Positions 27,600-36,962 of a stretch of DNA of 64,000 nt are shown here, one piece after another. The position numbers and the translations under genes are program-made. Each line of letters starts with the position of its first letter. The stretch's first letter is position 1. The stretch is from the NCBI GenBank assembly GCA_964459225.1, contig CAYWKB010000001.1, forward strand, positions 289,318-353,317, given 5' to 3'. Source of the stretch: an uncultured Candidatus Saccharibacteria bacterium (GTDB lineage: Bacteria > Patescibacteriota > Minisyncoccia > Phycocordibacterales > PALSA-1337). Below the pieces are notes generated by a model that saw nothing but the letters and a program-made list of their open reading frames with translations, made no database searches and had not been told where the DNA came from.

Positions 27600-28166
27600 A
27601 TGATTGAGCAATATAAAAATAAAATATTTGATTTCTATGAAAGGAAAAAGAGAATGCCTAGTTATCAAGAGATAATGGGTATTCTTGGTTTTAAATCTAA
27701 AAATGCCGTTTACAAATTAGTTAACAAAATGATAGAAGCAGGATTAATTGAAAAGGATAGTAGCGGCAAGATATTACCAACAAATCTTTTTCAAGAAATT
27801 AAACTATTAGGACTAGTTGAGGCTGGTATACCTACTGTTGCAGAAGAGGAACCACTCGATACAGTTAATCTTGATAGTCTATTAATCAAAAACAGGGATT
27901 CATCTTATTTGCTTGAGGTAAAGGGAGACTCAATGATAGAGGAGGGTATAAAAGAGGGCGACATGGTAATAGTTGAAAGAAAAAGTGATGCAAAAGATGG
28001 AGACATTGTTATAGCTGAGGTTGATGGTGGATGGACAATGAAATATTTTAGGAAAAAGGGTAATAAAATATTTTTAGAGCCAGCAAACAAAAACTACAAA
28101 CCAATATATCCTGAAAATGATATGAAAATTGCCGCTATTGTTCGTGGTGTAATAAGGAAGTACTAA
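27600..28166 (+). CDS. lexA: SOS repressor LexA (start at MIEQYK...; maximal ORF from 27546)
   Basis: N-terminal wHTH, S24 peptidase domain with catalytic GDSM and KxDG(D); cleavage-site-like VEAG. Confidence 0.85.
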   Translation: MIEQYKNKIFDFYERKKRMPSYQEIMGILGFKSKNAVYKLVNKMIEAGLIEKDSSGKILPTNLFQEIKLLGLVEAGIPTVAEEEPLDTVNLDSLLIKNRDSSYLLEVKGDSMIEEGIKEGDMVIVERKSDAKDGDIVIAEVDGGWTMKYFRKKGNKIFLEPANKNYKPIYPENDMKIAAIVRGVIRKY

Positions 28167-28223
28167 TTAAACACAATTTGATTATTAGCAAAATTCAAAA
28201 AATATGTTAGTATTCAAGGCATT

Positions 28224-28769
28224 ATGAAACATTCACATTTCCATATTATCCCACAGGATAAGGCACCAAAAATATTAAATTTAATAGTTGAGATTCGTCA
28301 GGGTGAGTCAAATAAATATGAGTATAATAAAGATTATGGAATTATAGAGCTCGATAGAGTTCTTTATGGTCCTATGTATTATCCGGTAAACTATTGTGAT
28401 GTTCCATCTACATGGAATGAAGGTGATAATGATCCACTCGATGCTGTTGTATTTAGTACGCATCCTATTGTACCTGGCGCTATGGTACGTGGTCGTGTTA
28501 TCGGTATTATGGAAATGATAGATAATGGTGAAGAAGACTATAAGATTATTTGTGTAAATAACAAGGATCCTAGATTTGATCATATCAATCATGTAGATGA
28601 GCTCGCTCCATATGATAGGAAGGATATACAAACATTTTTTGAAACGTACAAAATACCTCAGACAGGTCCAGGGACAGTAAAGATTGGTAAATTCCATGGT
28701 CCAGAAGTTGCCTATGAACATATCAAAAAGGCAATGGAGGTTTATGAAAAAAAGTTTAAGACAAATTAA
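28224..28769 (+). CDS. ppa: inorganic pyrophosphatase (family I)
   Basis: 181 aa; EIRQGESNKYEY, DNDPLDAVV, IDNGEEDYKII metal-binding motifs. Confidence 0.9.
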   Translation: MKHSHFHIIPQDKAPKILNLIVEIRQGESNKYEYNKDYGIIELDRVLYGPMYYPVNYCDVPSTWNEGDNDPLDAVVFSTHPIVPGAMVRGRVIGIMEMIDNGEEDYKIICVNNKDPRFDHINHVDELAPYDRKDIQTFFETYKIPQTGPGTVKIGKFHGPEVAYEHIKKAMEVYEKKFKTN

Positions 28770-28936
28770 TTTATATTTTGTCTTGATCACAATTTCCTTC
28801 TAGTCAATTAAATACAATGCTTAAAATATTAAATTTTACATTATGGTTAATTGCAGCACCCTTTGTACTATTTGGAGTCTTTATTGCTGTATCTGTTTTT
28901 CCTAAATGGGAAGAATGGGGTAAGGATTTCTAAAGT

Positions 28937-30355
28937 GTGATAAAATTCCTCCACATGCAGATAAACATATCACCTACAACTTTTATTATTCTCGGTATAA
29001 CTGGTGACTTGGCGGGTAGGAAATTATTGCCGGCATTACTTAGTCTTTATGTAAACAAGGAATTACCAAGTAAATTTGCTATTGTGGGTTTTTCAAGAAG
29101 GTCATTTACTCGTGAGGAATTCCGGGATTTTATTCGTACCCATATGAATATTAAGCCAGGGCAATTCCGTGAAGAGGACGTTAAGCATTTTATCGATCAC
29201 ATATATTATGAGCAGGGGAATTTTGATACCGCTTCTTCATATGCACAATTAGCACAGAGATTGAGAAATATCGATGATAATTTCAAGCAATGTTCAAATA
29301 AGCTTTTCCATTTATCTACACCGCCATCTCTCTATGAATCTATTTTTATTCATTTGCATAATTCTGGTTTAACAATACCTTGTGGTGGTAATGAAGGATG
29401 GACTCGAATATTAGTTGAAAAGCCTTTTGGAAATGATATTGAAACTGCAAAAAAGTTAGACAAAAAATTAGCAGAGCTCTTTGATGAAAGTCAGATATTT
29501 AGAATAGATCACTATCTCGCAAAAGAAGCATTGCAAAATATCATTTCGTTCCGTTTCTCTAATTCACTTTTTGAGCCTTTATGGAATAAAAATCATATAG
29601 ACAAAGTTCATATCAAATTAGTTGAAAAAATAGGGGTTGGAAGTCGTGGTGCTACATATGATTCTATCGGTGCTTTAAAAGATGTTGGACAAAACCATGT
29701 ATTACAAATGCTTGCCCTCATAGCTATGGAGACACCAAAGGCATTTGATGCAGAGAATATAAGAAAGGAGAGGGCAAATGTTTTAAAAAATCTAGTAACT
29801 ATTAATTCAAAAAATGTATCATCAAGTATTGTTCGTGGACAATATGAGGGATATAGGCATGAAATGGGTGTTAAAGAGCATACACAAACAGAAACGTATT
29901 TTCGGCTAGAGTCATATATAGATAATAAAAGATGGAAAGGCGTACCATTTTTTCTTGAAAGTGGAAAAGAAATGTCAGAAACAAAAGCTGAGATAAATAT
30001 TTATTTCAAAGACACATCAAATATAGAGGGATTGGGAGATGATAGACAAAATATCTTAACTTTCAGAATTCAACCTGATGAAATGATTAAAATAAGATTT
30101 TGGGTTAAGACACCAGGCTTTACAATGAATACTGAACCAAAGACATTAAAGTTTAAATACAGCGACTTTCAATCACAAGCGACTTTACCAGATGCTTATG
30201 AGAGGGTAATATATGATGCAATACTTGGCGATCAAACTTTGTTTACAAGTACCGATGAAGTTATATACGCATGGAAATACATAACTTCAATTATTAATAA
30301 TTGGAATTCTGTACCACTTACAATATACAAAAAGGGTACAGCAATAGTAATTTAA
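28937..30355 (+). CDS. zwf: glucose-6-phosphate 1-dehydrogenase
   Basis: 472 aa; NADP-binding ILGITGDLAGRKLLPAL and active-site RIDHYLAKE. Confidence 0.85.
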   Translation: MIKFLHMQINISPTTFIILGITGDLAGRKLLPALLSLYVNKELPSKFAIVGFSRRSFTREEFRDFIRTHMNIKPGQFREEDVKHFIDHIYYEQGNFDTASSYAQLAQRLRNIDDNFKQCSNKLFHLSTPPSLYESIFIHLHNSGLTIPCGGNEGWTRILVEKPFGNDIETAKKLDKKLAELFDESQIFRIDHYLAKEALQNIISFRFSNSLFEPLWNKNHIDKVHIKLVEKIGVGSRGATYDSIGALKDVGQNHVLQMLALIAMETPKAFDAENIRKERANVLKNLVTINSKNVSSSIVRGQYEGYRHEMGVKEHTQTETYFRLESYIDNKRWKGVPFFLESGKEMSETKAEINIYFKDTSNIEGLGDDRQNILTFRIQPDEMIKIRFWVKTPGFTMNTEPKTLKFKYSDFQSQATLPDAYERVIYDAILGDQTLFTSTDEVIYAWKYITSIINNWNSVPLTIYKKGTAIVI

Positions 30356-30367
30356 TTTTATAATAAA

Positions 30368-30595
30368 ATGTTTCAAAACTTTTTACTTAAGACAATGCTT
30401 AAAAAGCAATTAAAAGGATTACCTGAAGACGAGCAAAATAAGATTTTTAATATGATAGAAAAAAACCCAGACTTTTTTATGAAAATCGCCACAGAAGCAC
30501 AAGAAAAAATAAAGGGAGGTATGAATCAGCAAGATGCAATGATGGCAGTAATGAAAAATCACGAAACAGAGCTAAGGGAAGTGATGGGCAAGTAG
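30368..30595 (+). CDS. small hypothetical protein (75 aa, Met/Lys-rich)
   Basis: Intact ORF with no recognisable domain. Confidence 0.4.
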   Translation: MFQNFLLKTMLKKQLKGLPEDEQNKIFNMIEKNPDFFMKIATEAQEKIKGGMNQQDAMMAVMKNHETELREVMGK

Positions 30596-30643
30596 AATCA
30601 GGTCAGCACTTGCGTTATTTTATGATATATGTTATGTTAATTT

Positions 30644-30735
30644 CGGTCTAGGTTCTTTGAGGGGTTTCTTCGGCGGGGTTTCCTCCCCATAAAAACCCTA
30701 CCTCCTTGGCTCCTTCAGGGGACCTAGGCCACACT
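30644..30735 (+). ncRNA. candidate GC-rich structured small RNA (identity uncertain; possible SRP/4.5S-like)
   Basis: Local GC far above surroundings. 9-bp closing helix ggtctaggt/acctaggcc with a U-G that is only valid on the plus strand. Internal repeats ggggtttc; complement strand resembles AGGUCC..GAAGGA..GCCAAGG of SRP helix 8. Immediately followed by a strong plus-strand terminator. Confidence 0.4.
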
Positions 30736-30736
30736 C

Positions 30737-30787
30737 CACTTACCAAACCTCATTCGAGGCCGAGTTTGGTAAGTGGACTTTTTTATA
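30737..30787 (+). terminator. strong Rho-independent terminator
   Basis: Perfect 12-bp stem cacttaccaaac/gtttggtaagtg, 15-nt loop, then gacttttttat. Confidence 0.7.
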
Positions 30788-31208
30788 TCTCAGACCTATT
30801 TTTGACTGCAATTAATGCAAGTACAAGAGTATAGATAATATGATCATCTATTATGGGATTATTTTCTGGCATAAGTAGAGCCGTATACATTAACATGAGC
30901 ATAATACCTCCTGCTATACATCCCCATTTTACATATTTATTAAATATCAAAGTGATACCAACAAAGAGTAGTCCAAGCATAAACATCCAATCAACAAAAA
31001 CATTACCAGCAAGACTATGGAAAAATGAAGCAAAAGGTCCCTTAACAGCATAAGTCAAAAAGCCAAAAGTAGGGGAAACACCATCTATCCATGCACTACC
31101 TGATTTTGTAGCAAAACCCAAACCAAATACCTTATCAAAAAATGCCCAAAGAAAGATAAAGCTCATTGATAAACGTAACAATAACATAACAATTTTTTCT
31201 TTTTTCAT
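30783..31208 (-). CDS. DoxX-family membrane protein
   Basis: 141 aa, four predicted TM helices; DoxX-like size and pattern. Confidence 0.65.
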   Translation of the reverse strand: MKKEKIVMLLLRLSMSFIFLWAFFDKVFGLGFATKSGSAWIDGVSPTFGFLTYAVKGPFASFFHSLAGNVFVDWMFMLGLLFVGITLIFNKYVKWGCIAGGIMLMLMYTALLMPENNPIIDDHIIYTLVLALIAVKNRSEI

Positions 31209-31289
31209 ATTATTAATAATAACACCTATAAAATATTGGGCTGTGCATAACTATTTACAAAATAAGATATTGTTGTAACATGACTACAG

Positions 31290-31525
31290 TTATGCTCCCA
31301 ATAGTAAGTGCATATTTCCTATCCTTGGTGCTTAACAGTTTCTTTTTTGGTCTACAGAAAGTAAGACCAGTCTTAAAAGGAAACCTACCCTGGACTCAAG
31401 AGGTTCAGGATTTCAGTACGTTTAGCAGGTCACATACAAAATCAAATGTGGCCGGCAGCTACGGGATTGCACAACCCATATTGTGTCCACGCACAAGGTA
31501 TAAGATGCCTTTGCGACGCCACTAA
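31290..31525 (+). CDS. possible small leaderless ORF or unannotated RNA
   Basis: ORF with N-terminal hydrophobic helix; promoter-like TTTACA-N16-TAACAT directly abuts it; several hairpins; see terminator 31537-31576. Coding status uncertain. Confidence 0.25.
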
Positions 31526-31536
31526 TTTAAAATGAT

Positions 31537-31576
31537 CCGTCCGTCCCCACCCAGGGACGGCGGATTTTGTTTATTT
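31537..31576 (+). terminator. Rho-independent terminator
   Basis: GC-rich stem ccgtccgtccc/gggacggcgg (one bulge) followed by attttgtttatttt. Confidence 0.6.
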
Positions 31577-31606
31577 TGCTAATACTGCTATATTTATGTT
31601 TACAAA

Positions 31607-32878
31607 ATGAAATGGTTAATAAATAGATTTGATTCAGACGTATTTTTCAGGAAGTATTTAATATATTTTTCTGGATCTATGATTGTGGCATTTCTGAATT
31701 ATATTTTTCACCCACTACTAGGAAGGATACTAAGTCCAAGCGATTTTGGTGATATTCAGGCATTAATATCCTTAATTGCACAATCATCTGTAATATTGGG
31801 TGCATTTTCAGTTATTGTTGTAAATGTAACTGCAAATATTGATAATGAAAATGAAAGAAATGCGATAATATCTGAATTACAAAAAATATCATTCTATTTG
31901 ATTGGTTTTATTTTTATTATTTTATTATTATCTATATCATTTATAAAAAACTATTTTAATTTTGAGACTTTTTACCCACTTTTTGGTTTGGCATTAATAT
32001 TGCCAATAAGTGCAATGGCGTCTTTTAGAAGTTCATTTTTACAGGGCAAGGGTGACTTTTATGGACTATCAATCGCTCAGATAATATCATCATCTGGAAG
32101 ATTAGTATTATCATTATTATTTGTTTATTTAGGATTTAAAGTATTTGGAGCAACACTTGGTATTGTGCTTACAAATCTTCTATCACTAATATATTTATAT
32201 TTTAAAACAAAAGATAATTTAATTTTAAATAGAAAAGTTAATATTCACGTCTTAGAAAAAGGAAGTATAAGTAAGGAATTAATATATGGAATACTTGTAT
32301 TCTTTTCTACTATTTTAATAACTATTTTTTACACATCAGATGTATTAATAATTAAGCATTACTTTGATTCAAATACTGCGGGGTTATATAGCGGAATTTC
32401 AGCAATAGCTAAAATATTATTTTTTGCCATTGGTCCAACATCAGCAGTATTGTTATCATCAATTAAATTAAAAAATAGTTTTAAGGAAAATTCAAAAAAC
32501 TTGTCAAAATCATTAATAATTTCCTTGATAATAGGAATACTCGGCATGTTTACATTTTATATGTTTAATGATATGGTTGTGGGTATAATGATTGGTGATA
32601 ATTACATTCAATATGCTAATTATCTACCTAAAATAGGGTTACTGATGTTCTTAACAGCTATCGCAAATATATTTATATACTACTATCTTGCATTAAGAAG
32701 ATTTTTCCTCATCCTAATTTCAATTGTTGGAGGAATATCAATAATTTCAATATTATTAGCAGAACATAGTAATATACAAAATGTGTTAAATAGTTTAACA
32801 GTATCAGTCTCTATAATAATTATCTTGTTAGTATTTACATATGCAAAAGACTATATCAATAGTAATACCCGTATATAA
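31607..32878 (+). CDS. polysaccharide/oligosaccharide flippase (Wzx/MOP-superfamily-like), 12 predicted TM
   Basis: 423 aa polytopic protein at the head of a glycosyltransferase operon. Confidence 0.65.
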   Translation: MKWLINRFDSDVFFRKYLIYFSGSMIVAFLNYIFHPLLGRILSPSDFGDIQALISLIAQSSVILGAFSVIVVNVTANIDNENERNAIISELQKISFYLIGFIFIILLLSISFIKNYFNFETFYPLFGLALILPISAMASFRSSFLQGKGDFYGLSIAQIISSSGRLVLSLLFVYLGFKVFGATLGIVLTNLLSLIYLYFKTKDNLILNRKVNIHVLEKGSISKELIYGILVFFSTILITIFYTSDVLIIKHYFDSNTAGLYSGISAIAKILFFAIGPTSAVLLSSIKLKNSFKENSKNLSKSLIISLIIGILGMFTFYMFNDMVVGIMIGDNYIQYANYLPKIGLLMFLTAIANIFIYYYLALRRFFLILISIVGGISIISILLAEHSNIQNVLNSLTVSVSIIIILLVFTYAKDYINSNTRI

Positions 32879-33779
32879 TGAGGAAAAAAATATTCCAGCT
32901 ATTTATCTTGCATTAAAAGAAGTCTTAAAAAATCTAAATTATAATTATGAAATAATTTATGTGAATGATGGATCAGATAAAGATAATTCACAAATAGAAA
33001 TAGAAAAAATATCAAGAGATGACGATCAAGTAAAATACATAGAATTTTCAAGAAATTTTGGCAAAGAATACGCAACAACAGCAGGTATATCTCATGCAAT
33101 TGGTGATGCAGTACTTACAATAGATTCAGATTTACAGCATCCAGTAAGCTTAATACCAGACTTTATAAAAAAATGGGAAAACGGAATAGAGGTAGTTATT
33201 GGAATAAGAGATGGAAATAAAGGACAAACATTTATTAAAAAAATATGTTCAAATCTTTACTACAAAATAATTAATCTAATAAGTGATACACCAATACAAT
33301 CAGGAGCAACAGATTATAGATTATTAGATAGAAAGGTTGTGGATGAATTTAACAAACTTTCTGAACATAATAGAATGACAAGAGGGTTAATAGATTGGAT
33401 GGGATATAAAAGAGATTTTATAAATTTTGTAGCAGATAAAAGGAAAAACGGAAATGCTTCATATTCATTTATAAAATTAATTAAATTAGCAATATCATCA
33501 GCAATTTCACATAGTCTAGTACCATTAAAGATAGCAGGGTATTTAGGAATATTTACAACAATATTTTTTGGAATAATAGGTGCAATAGTTTTTACAGAAA
33601 GATATTTATATAATGATGTATTAGGTTGGTATATATCAGGCACAGCACAGCTTGGGATATTACTCGCATTTTTTGCAGGAATAATGCTTATATGTTTGGG
33701 TTTGATAGCTTTATATATAGGTAATATATATAATGAAGTTTCAGGAAGACCGCTATATATAATAAGAAATAAGAAATAA
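32841..33779 (+). CDS. family 2 glycosyltransferase with C-terminal TM helices (polyprenyl-phosphate sugar transferase-like, GtrB/DPM1-type)
   Basis: ISIVIPVYNEEKNI GT-A N-terminus, DxD region TIDSDLQHP, two C-terminal TM helices. Confidence 0.8.
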   Translation: MQKTISIVIPVYNEEKNIPAIYLALKEVLKNLNYNYEIIYVNDGSDKDNSQIEIEKISRDDDQVKYIEFSRNFGKEYATTAGISHAIGDAVLTIDSDLQHPVSLIPDFIKKWENGIEVVIGIRDGNKGQTFIKKICSNLYYKIINLISDTPIQSGATDYRLLDRKVVDEFNKLSEHNRMTRGLIDWMGYKRDFINFVADKRKNGNASYSFIKLIKLAISSAISHSLVPLKIAGYLGIFTTIFFGIIGAIVFTERYLYNDVLGWYISGTAQLGILLAFFAGIMLICLGLIALYIGNIYNEVSGRPLYIIRNKK

Positions 33780-33780
33780 A

Positions 33781-34881
33781 ATGAATATATTATGGTTTAC
33801 ATGGAAGGATAGAAAAAATCCTCTTGCTGGTGGGGCGGAGTTTTTTAATGAGGGACTTGCAAAGAAGTTGGTAGAAAATGGACATAACTTAATATTTATA
33901 GTGGGGGGATCGAATGGATTGCCCGACGAGGAGTACAGGAATGGGTTTAAAATCATTAGAGTCGGTAATAAATTCAGTGTATATATAAGAGCATATTTTT
34001 TCTATAAGAGATATCTAAGTCACTGGCCAGAAATTGTTATAGATGAAATGAATACATTGCCTTTTTTCACTAAATTTTATGTTAAACAGAGAAGTATACT
34101 GATTGTTCATCAATTATGCAGAGAGATATGGTTTTATCAAATGCCTTACCCCTTAAATTTAATTGGATATTTTTTAGAACCTATTTATTTAAGGTTATTG
34201 AATGATATGAAGATTATGACTGTATCAGATAGTACAAAAAATGATTTATTAAAATTCGGTTTTTTGGAAAGGAATATATCTATATTACCTGAGGGTATAG
34301 AAGTAAGTAAGATCTCAAATGTCAGTAAATTAGTAAAATTCAATAAAGTAACATTACTTTCTTTTGGTACAATAAGACCAATGAAAAGAACATTGCATAT
34401 TATTAAGGCATTTGAGTTAGCAAAAAAGAAATTTAAGGATCTTGAGTTGATTGTGGCTGGAGATGTACAAGGTCGATATGGTAGAAAAGTAATAAAATAT
34501 ATAAATAAATCAATTTATAGAGATTCTATTAAATATTTAGGTAAAGTTAATTTCGATATAAAAATGGAATTAATGCAAAAATCTCATTTGATTATCGCAA
34601 CTTCTGTAAAGGAGGGTTGGGGGCTTACTATTTCGGAAGCAAATAGTCAGGGTACTCCAGCTGTGGTCTATAATGTTGATGGTTTAAGGGATTCTGTAAA
34701 AAATCTTTATTCAGGATTAATCTGTGATAAAAATAATCCCTTAGATTTATCTATTAAAATTTTGCAAGCTTTAGATGAAAAAGTTTATGATTCATTGTCT
34801 AGGAATTGTTATGAATTTGTAAAACCATTGAATTTTAAAAATTGCTACGATAAGTTTATTTTTAATATATCCAATGAATAA
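33781..34881 (+). CDS. family 4 (GT-B) glycosyltransferase
   Basis: C-terminal EGWGLTISEANSQGTPAVV signature. Confidence 0.8.
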   Translation: MNILWFTWKDRKNPLAGGAEFFNEGLAKKLVENGHNLIFIVGGSNGLPDEEYRNGFKIIRVGNKFSVYIRAYFFYKRYLSHWPEIVIDEMNTLPFFTKFYVKQRSILIVHQLCREIWFYQMPYPLNLIGYFLEPIYLRLLNDMKIMTVSDSTKNDLLKFGFLERNISILPEGIEVSKISNVSKLVKFNKVTLLSFGTIRPMKRTLHIIKAFELAKKKFKDLELIVAGDVQGRYGRKVIKYINKSIYRDSIKYLGKVNFDIKMELMQKSHLIIATSVKEGWGLTISEANSQGTPAVVYNVDGLRDSVKNLYSGLICDKNNPLDLSIKILQALDEKVYDSLSRNCYEFVKPLNFKNCYDKFIFNISNE

Positions 34882-35791
34882 TATAAACAAGATATCAATA
34901 GTCATTTGTGCGTTAAATGAAGAGAAAAATATAGGTAATCTTTTGTACGATATAATTGAACAAGATTTAAATAACCTCTGTAATTCTTTAGTCTATCAGA
35001 TAATAGTTGTGTCAGACGGGTCAACGGATAATACAATAAACATTGTAGGTCAATTACAAAAAAAAGATAATAGAATAAAATTAATTATTAATGAATTTAG
35101 AATGGGTAAGATATTTTGCCTTGATAAGGTTTTTAGAGATTTGGATTCCGATTTTGCCATACTTTTTGACGCAGATATAAGACTTGATAAAAACACCATT
35201 GAAACTTTATTAAAAACTTCTTTTAACTCTGGTAATATGTATGATTTGATCGGCGGCAACCCCGTGCCTTTTTATCACGATCACGATTTTAATATTGCTA
35301 GAAATGCATCATTCTTCAGTTGGTTGTTGGTACAAAAAATTAAAAAGTTTAATCCTAAAAGTATATATTGCTCACATGGTAGGATCTTAATGTTATCAAA
35401 AAAATTGTATAAAAAATTAAATATCGGCTTATTAAGTTCACCAGGTGATGATCAGTATATTTTTTTAATGAGTAGTAATTTTTATTATGAGAAAGAAGCC
35501 ATTGTAAGGTATTTCTTGCCAAATACCATTGGAGACTACATAAAGCAGAATACTAGATTTAGAAAGGCTAAATTGTTGAGGGGTTTATCCGTATTTAACA
35601 AAGAGCACGTTAGGGAAAGTTTTAATATAAAAAATAAGTATATTATATTAATTCAGTTAATTTTAACATACCCATTTAAAGCGCTTTGCTGGGTGATTTT
35701 GTATATGCTAGGCTATTTAAAGTTTAAAATTTTAATACAAAATTCTATGGATATTAATAGGATCTGGGGTGAAGTAAAAAGTACTAAGTAG
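34874..35791 (+). CDS. family 2 glycosyltransferase
   Basis: ISIVICALNEEKNIGNLL GT-A N-terminus; VVSDGSTDNT. Confidence 0.7.
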   Translation: MNNINKISIVICALNEEKNIGNLLYDIIEQDLNNLCNSLVYQIIVVSDGSTDNTINIVGQLQKKDNRIKLIINEFRMGKIFCLDKVFRDLDSDFAILFDADIRLDKNTIETLLKTSFNSGNMYDLIGGNPVPFYHDHDFNIARNASFFSWLLVQKIKKFNPKSIYCSHGRILMLSKKLYKKLNIGLLSSPGDDQYIFLMSSNFYYEKEAIVRYFLPNTIGDYIKQNTRFRKAKLLRGLSVFNKEHVRESFNIKNKYIILIQLILTYPFKALCWVILYMLGYLKFKILIQNSMDINRIWGEVKSTK

Positions 35792-35792
35792 T

Positions 35793-36962
35793 ATGATATA
35801 TATTGTTATATATAACTCATTAGATGCAGCGGGTGGGGTAGAGAGAGTGGCGGCAAATATATTAAAAAATTTACCACACAACTTTGAAACAAGCAAGATA
35901 ACTGTTTTGTGTACTGATAATAAATTAGAAAGACATTTCTATTACAATAAATTTAAATGTGTAAATATATATGTTCATAAGTTCAAAATACTAGAAAAGA
36001 TATTTAGATTATCTAGAATTATTTATTCTTTTAAAATTTTATTTTTTATTTTAAGAAATATTAAGGATAATGATATTGTTCACTTTCATGGTTATGAATA
36101 CACGTTTGCGACAAGAATTTTTAGGTCGATAATTAAGAGGAAATTTACTTTATTAGTCACCATCCATGGATCATTTTATGATGCTCATACAAAATACACC
36201 GTGCAAAACCTACCAAATAGATTTATTCCAGTAAAAATATTATTTTATTTTTTTAGATTCTATTTCTTTATTATTGAAAGATTTTTTGCTAATAATATAG
36301 ATTACTACGTATTCATTACTGAATATCTGAAAGATTTTTATTTTAAAACATATAAAATCAATAGACGTTATTCTATAATTAATAATGGATTATACCTTAA
36401 TTCTCGTAAATACAAAATAAATTATGGAATTGATGAAACCGTACGATTTGTAATAGTAGGCTCATCTTTTTATGGTAAGGGTTTAGATGTAGCGTTAGAG
36501 TCAATAAAGAGATTATATAATAAAGGCTTCAATGTAGAACTAAATATTATTGGATTTCATAGTGATAAAAGACGTATTGAGAAACACGACTCAAAGTATA
36601 TAAAATATTTTGGTCAAGTCGATTCCGGATTAGTGTCCATGATATTGAGTGAATGCGATATACTAGTATTTCCAAGTAGGAACGAAGGTTTTCCGTTGGC
36701 AATTTTAGAATCAATTAGTTGTGGATTACCAGTAATCGTGAGTAAGGACTCAAAATTTTCGGAACTTAATGATAATCAAATGATGGGTATAATTGTTAGG
36801 GATTATAAGATTGATAATTGGGTTGATTGCATGAAATTTATGATTAATAATATCGATTATTATAAGAATAATATTAAAAATTATGATTTTTCAAGATATT
36901 TGTGGCTGGGGGTGTCAAAAAAATATTTAGATATTTACATAAACTTTCATGAAAATAATTAA
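35793..36962 (+). CDS. family 4 (GT-B) glycosyltransferase
   Basis: NEGFPLAILESISCGLPVIVS signature. Confidence 0.75.
   Translation: MIYIVIYNSLDAAGGVERVAANILKNLPHNFETSKITVLCTDNKLERHFYYNKFKCVNIYVHKFKILEKIFRLSRIIYSFKILFFILRNIKDNDIVHFHGYEYTFATRIFRSIIKRKFTLLVTIHGSFYDAHTKYTVQNLPNRFIPVKILFYFFRFYFFIIERFFANNIDYYVFITEYLKDFYFKTYKINRRYSIINNGLYLNSRKYKINYGIDETVRFVIVGSSFYGKGLDVALESIKRLYNKGFNVELNIIGFHSDKRRIEKHDSKYIKYFGQVDSGLVSMILSECDILVFPSRNEGFPLAILESISCGLPVIVSKDSKFSELNDNQMMGIIVRDYKIDNWVDCMKFMINNIDYYKNNIKNYDFSRYLWLGVSKKYLDIYINFHENN

Noticed and set aside
30644-30735. Confident SRP RNA (ffs) call on the minus strand
   Set aside because: The motif resemblance to helix 8 needs a 2-nt gap that removes the conserved symmetric-loop positions. 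The closing-helix U-G and the downstream terminator both favour the plus strand. It is left as an unidentified ncRNA candidate.
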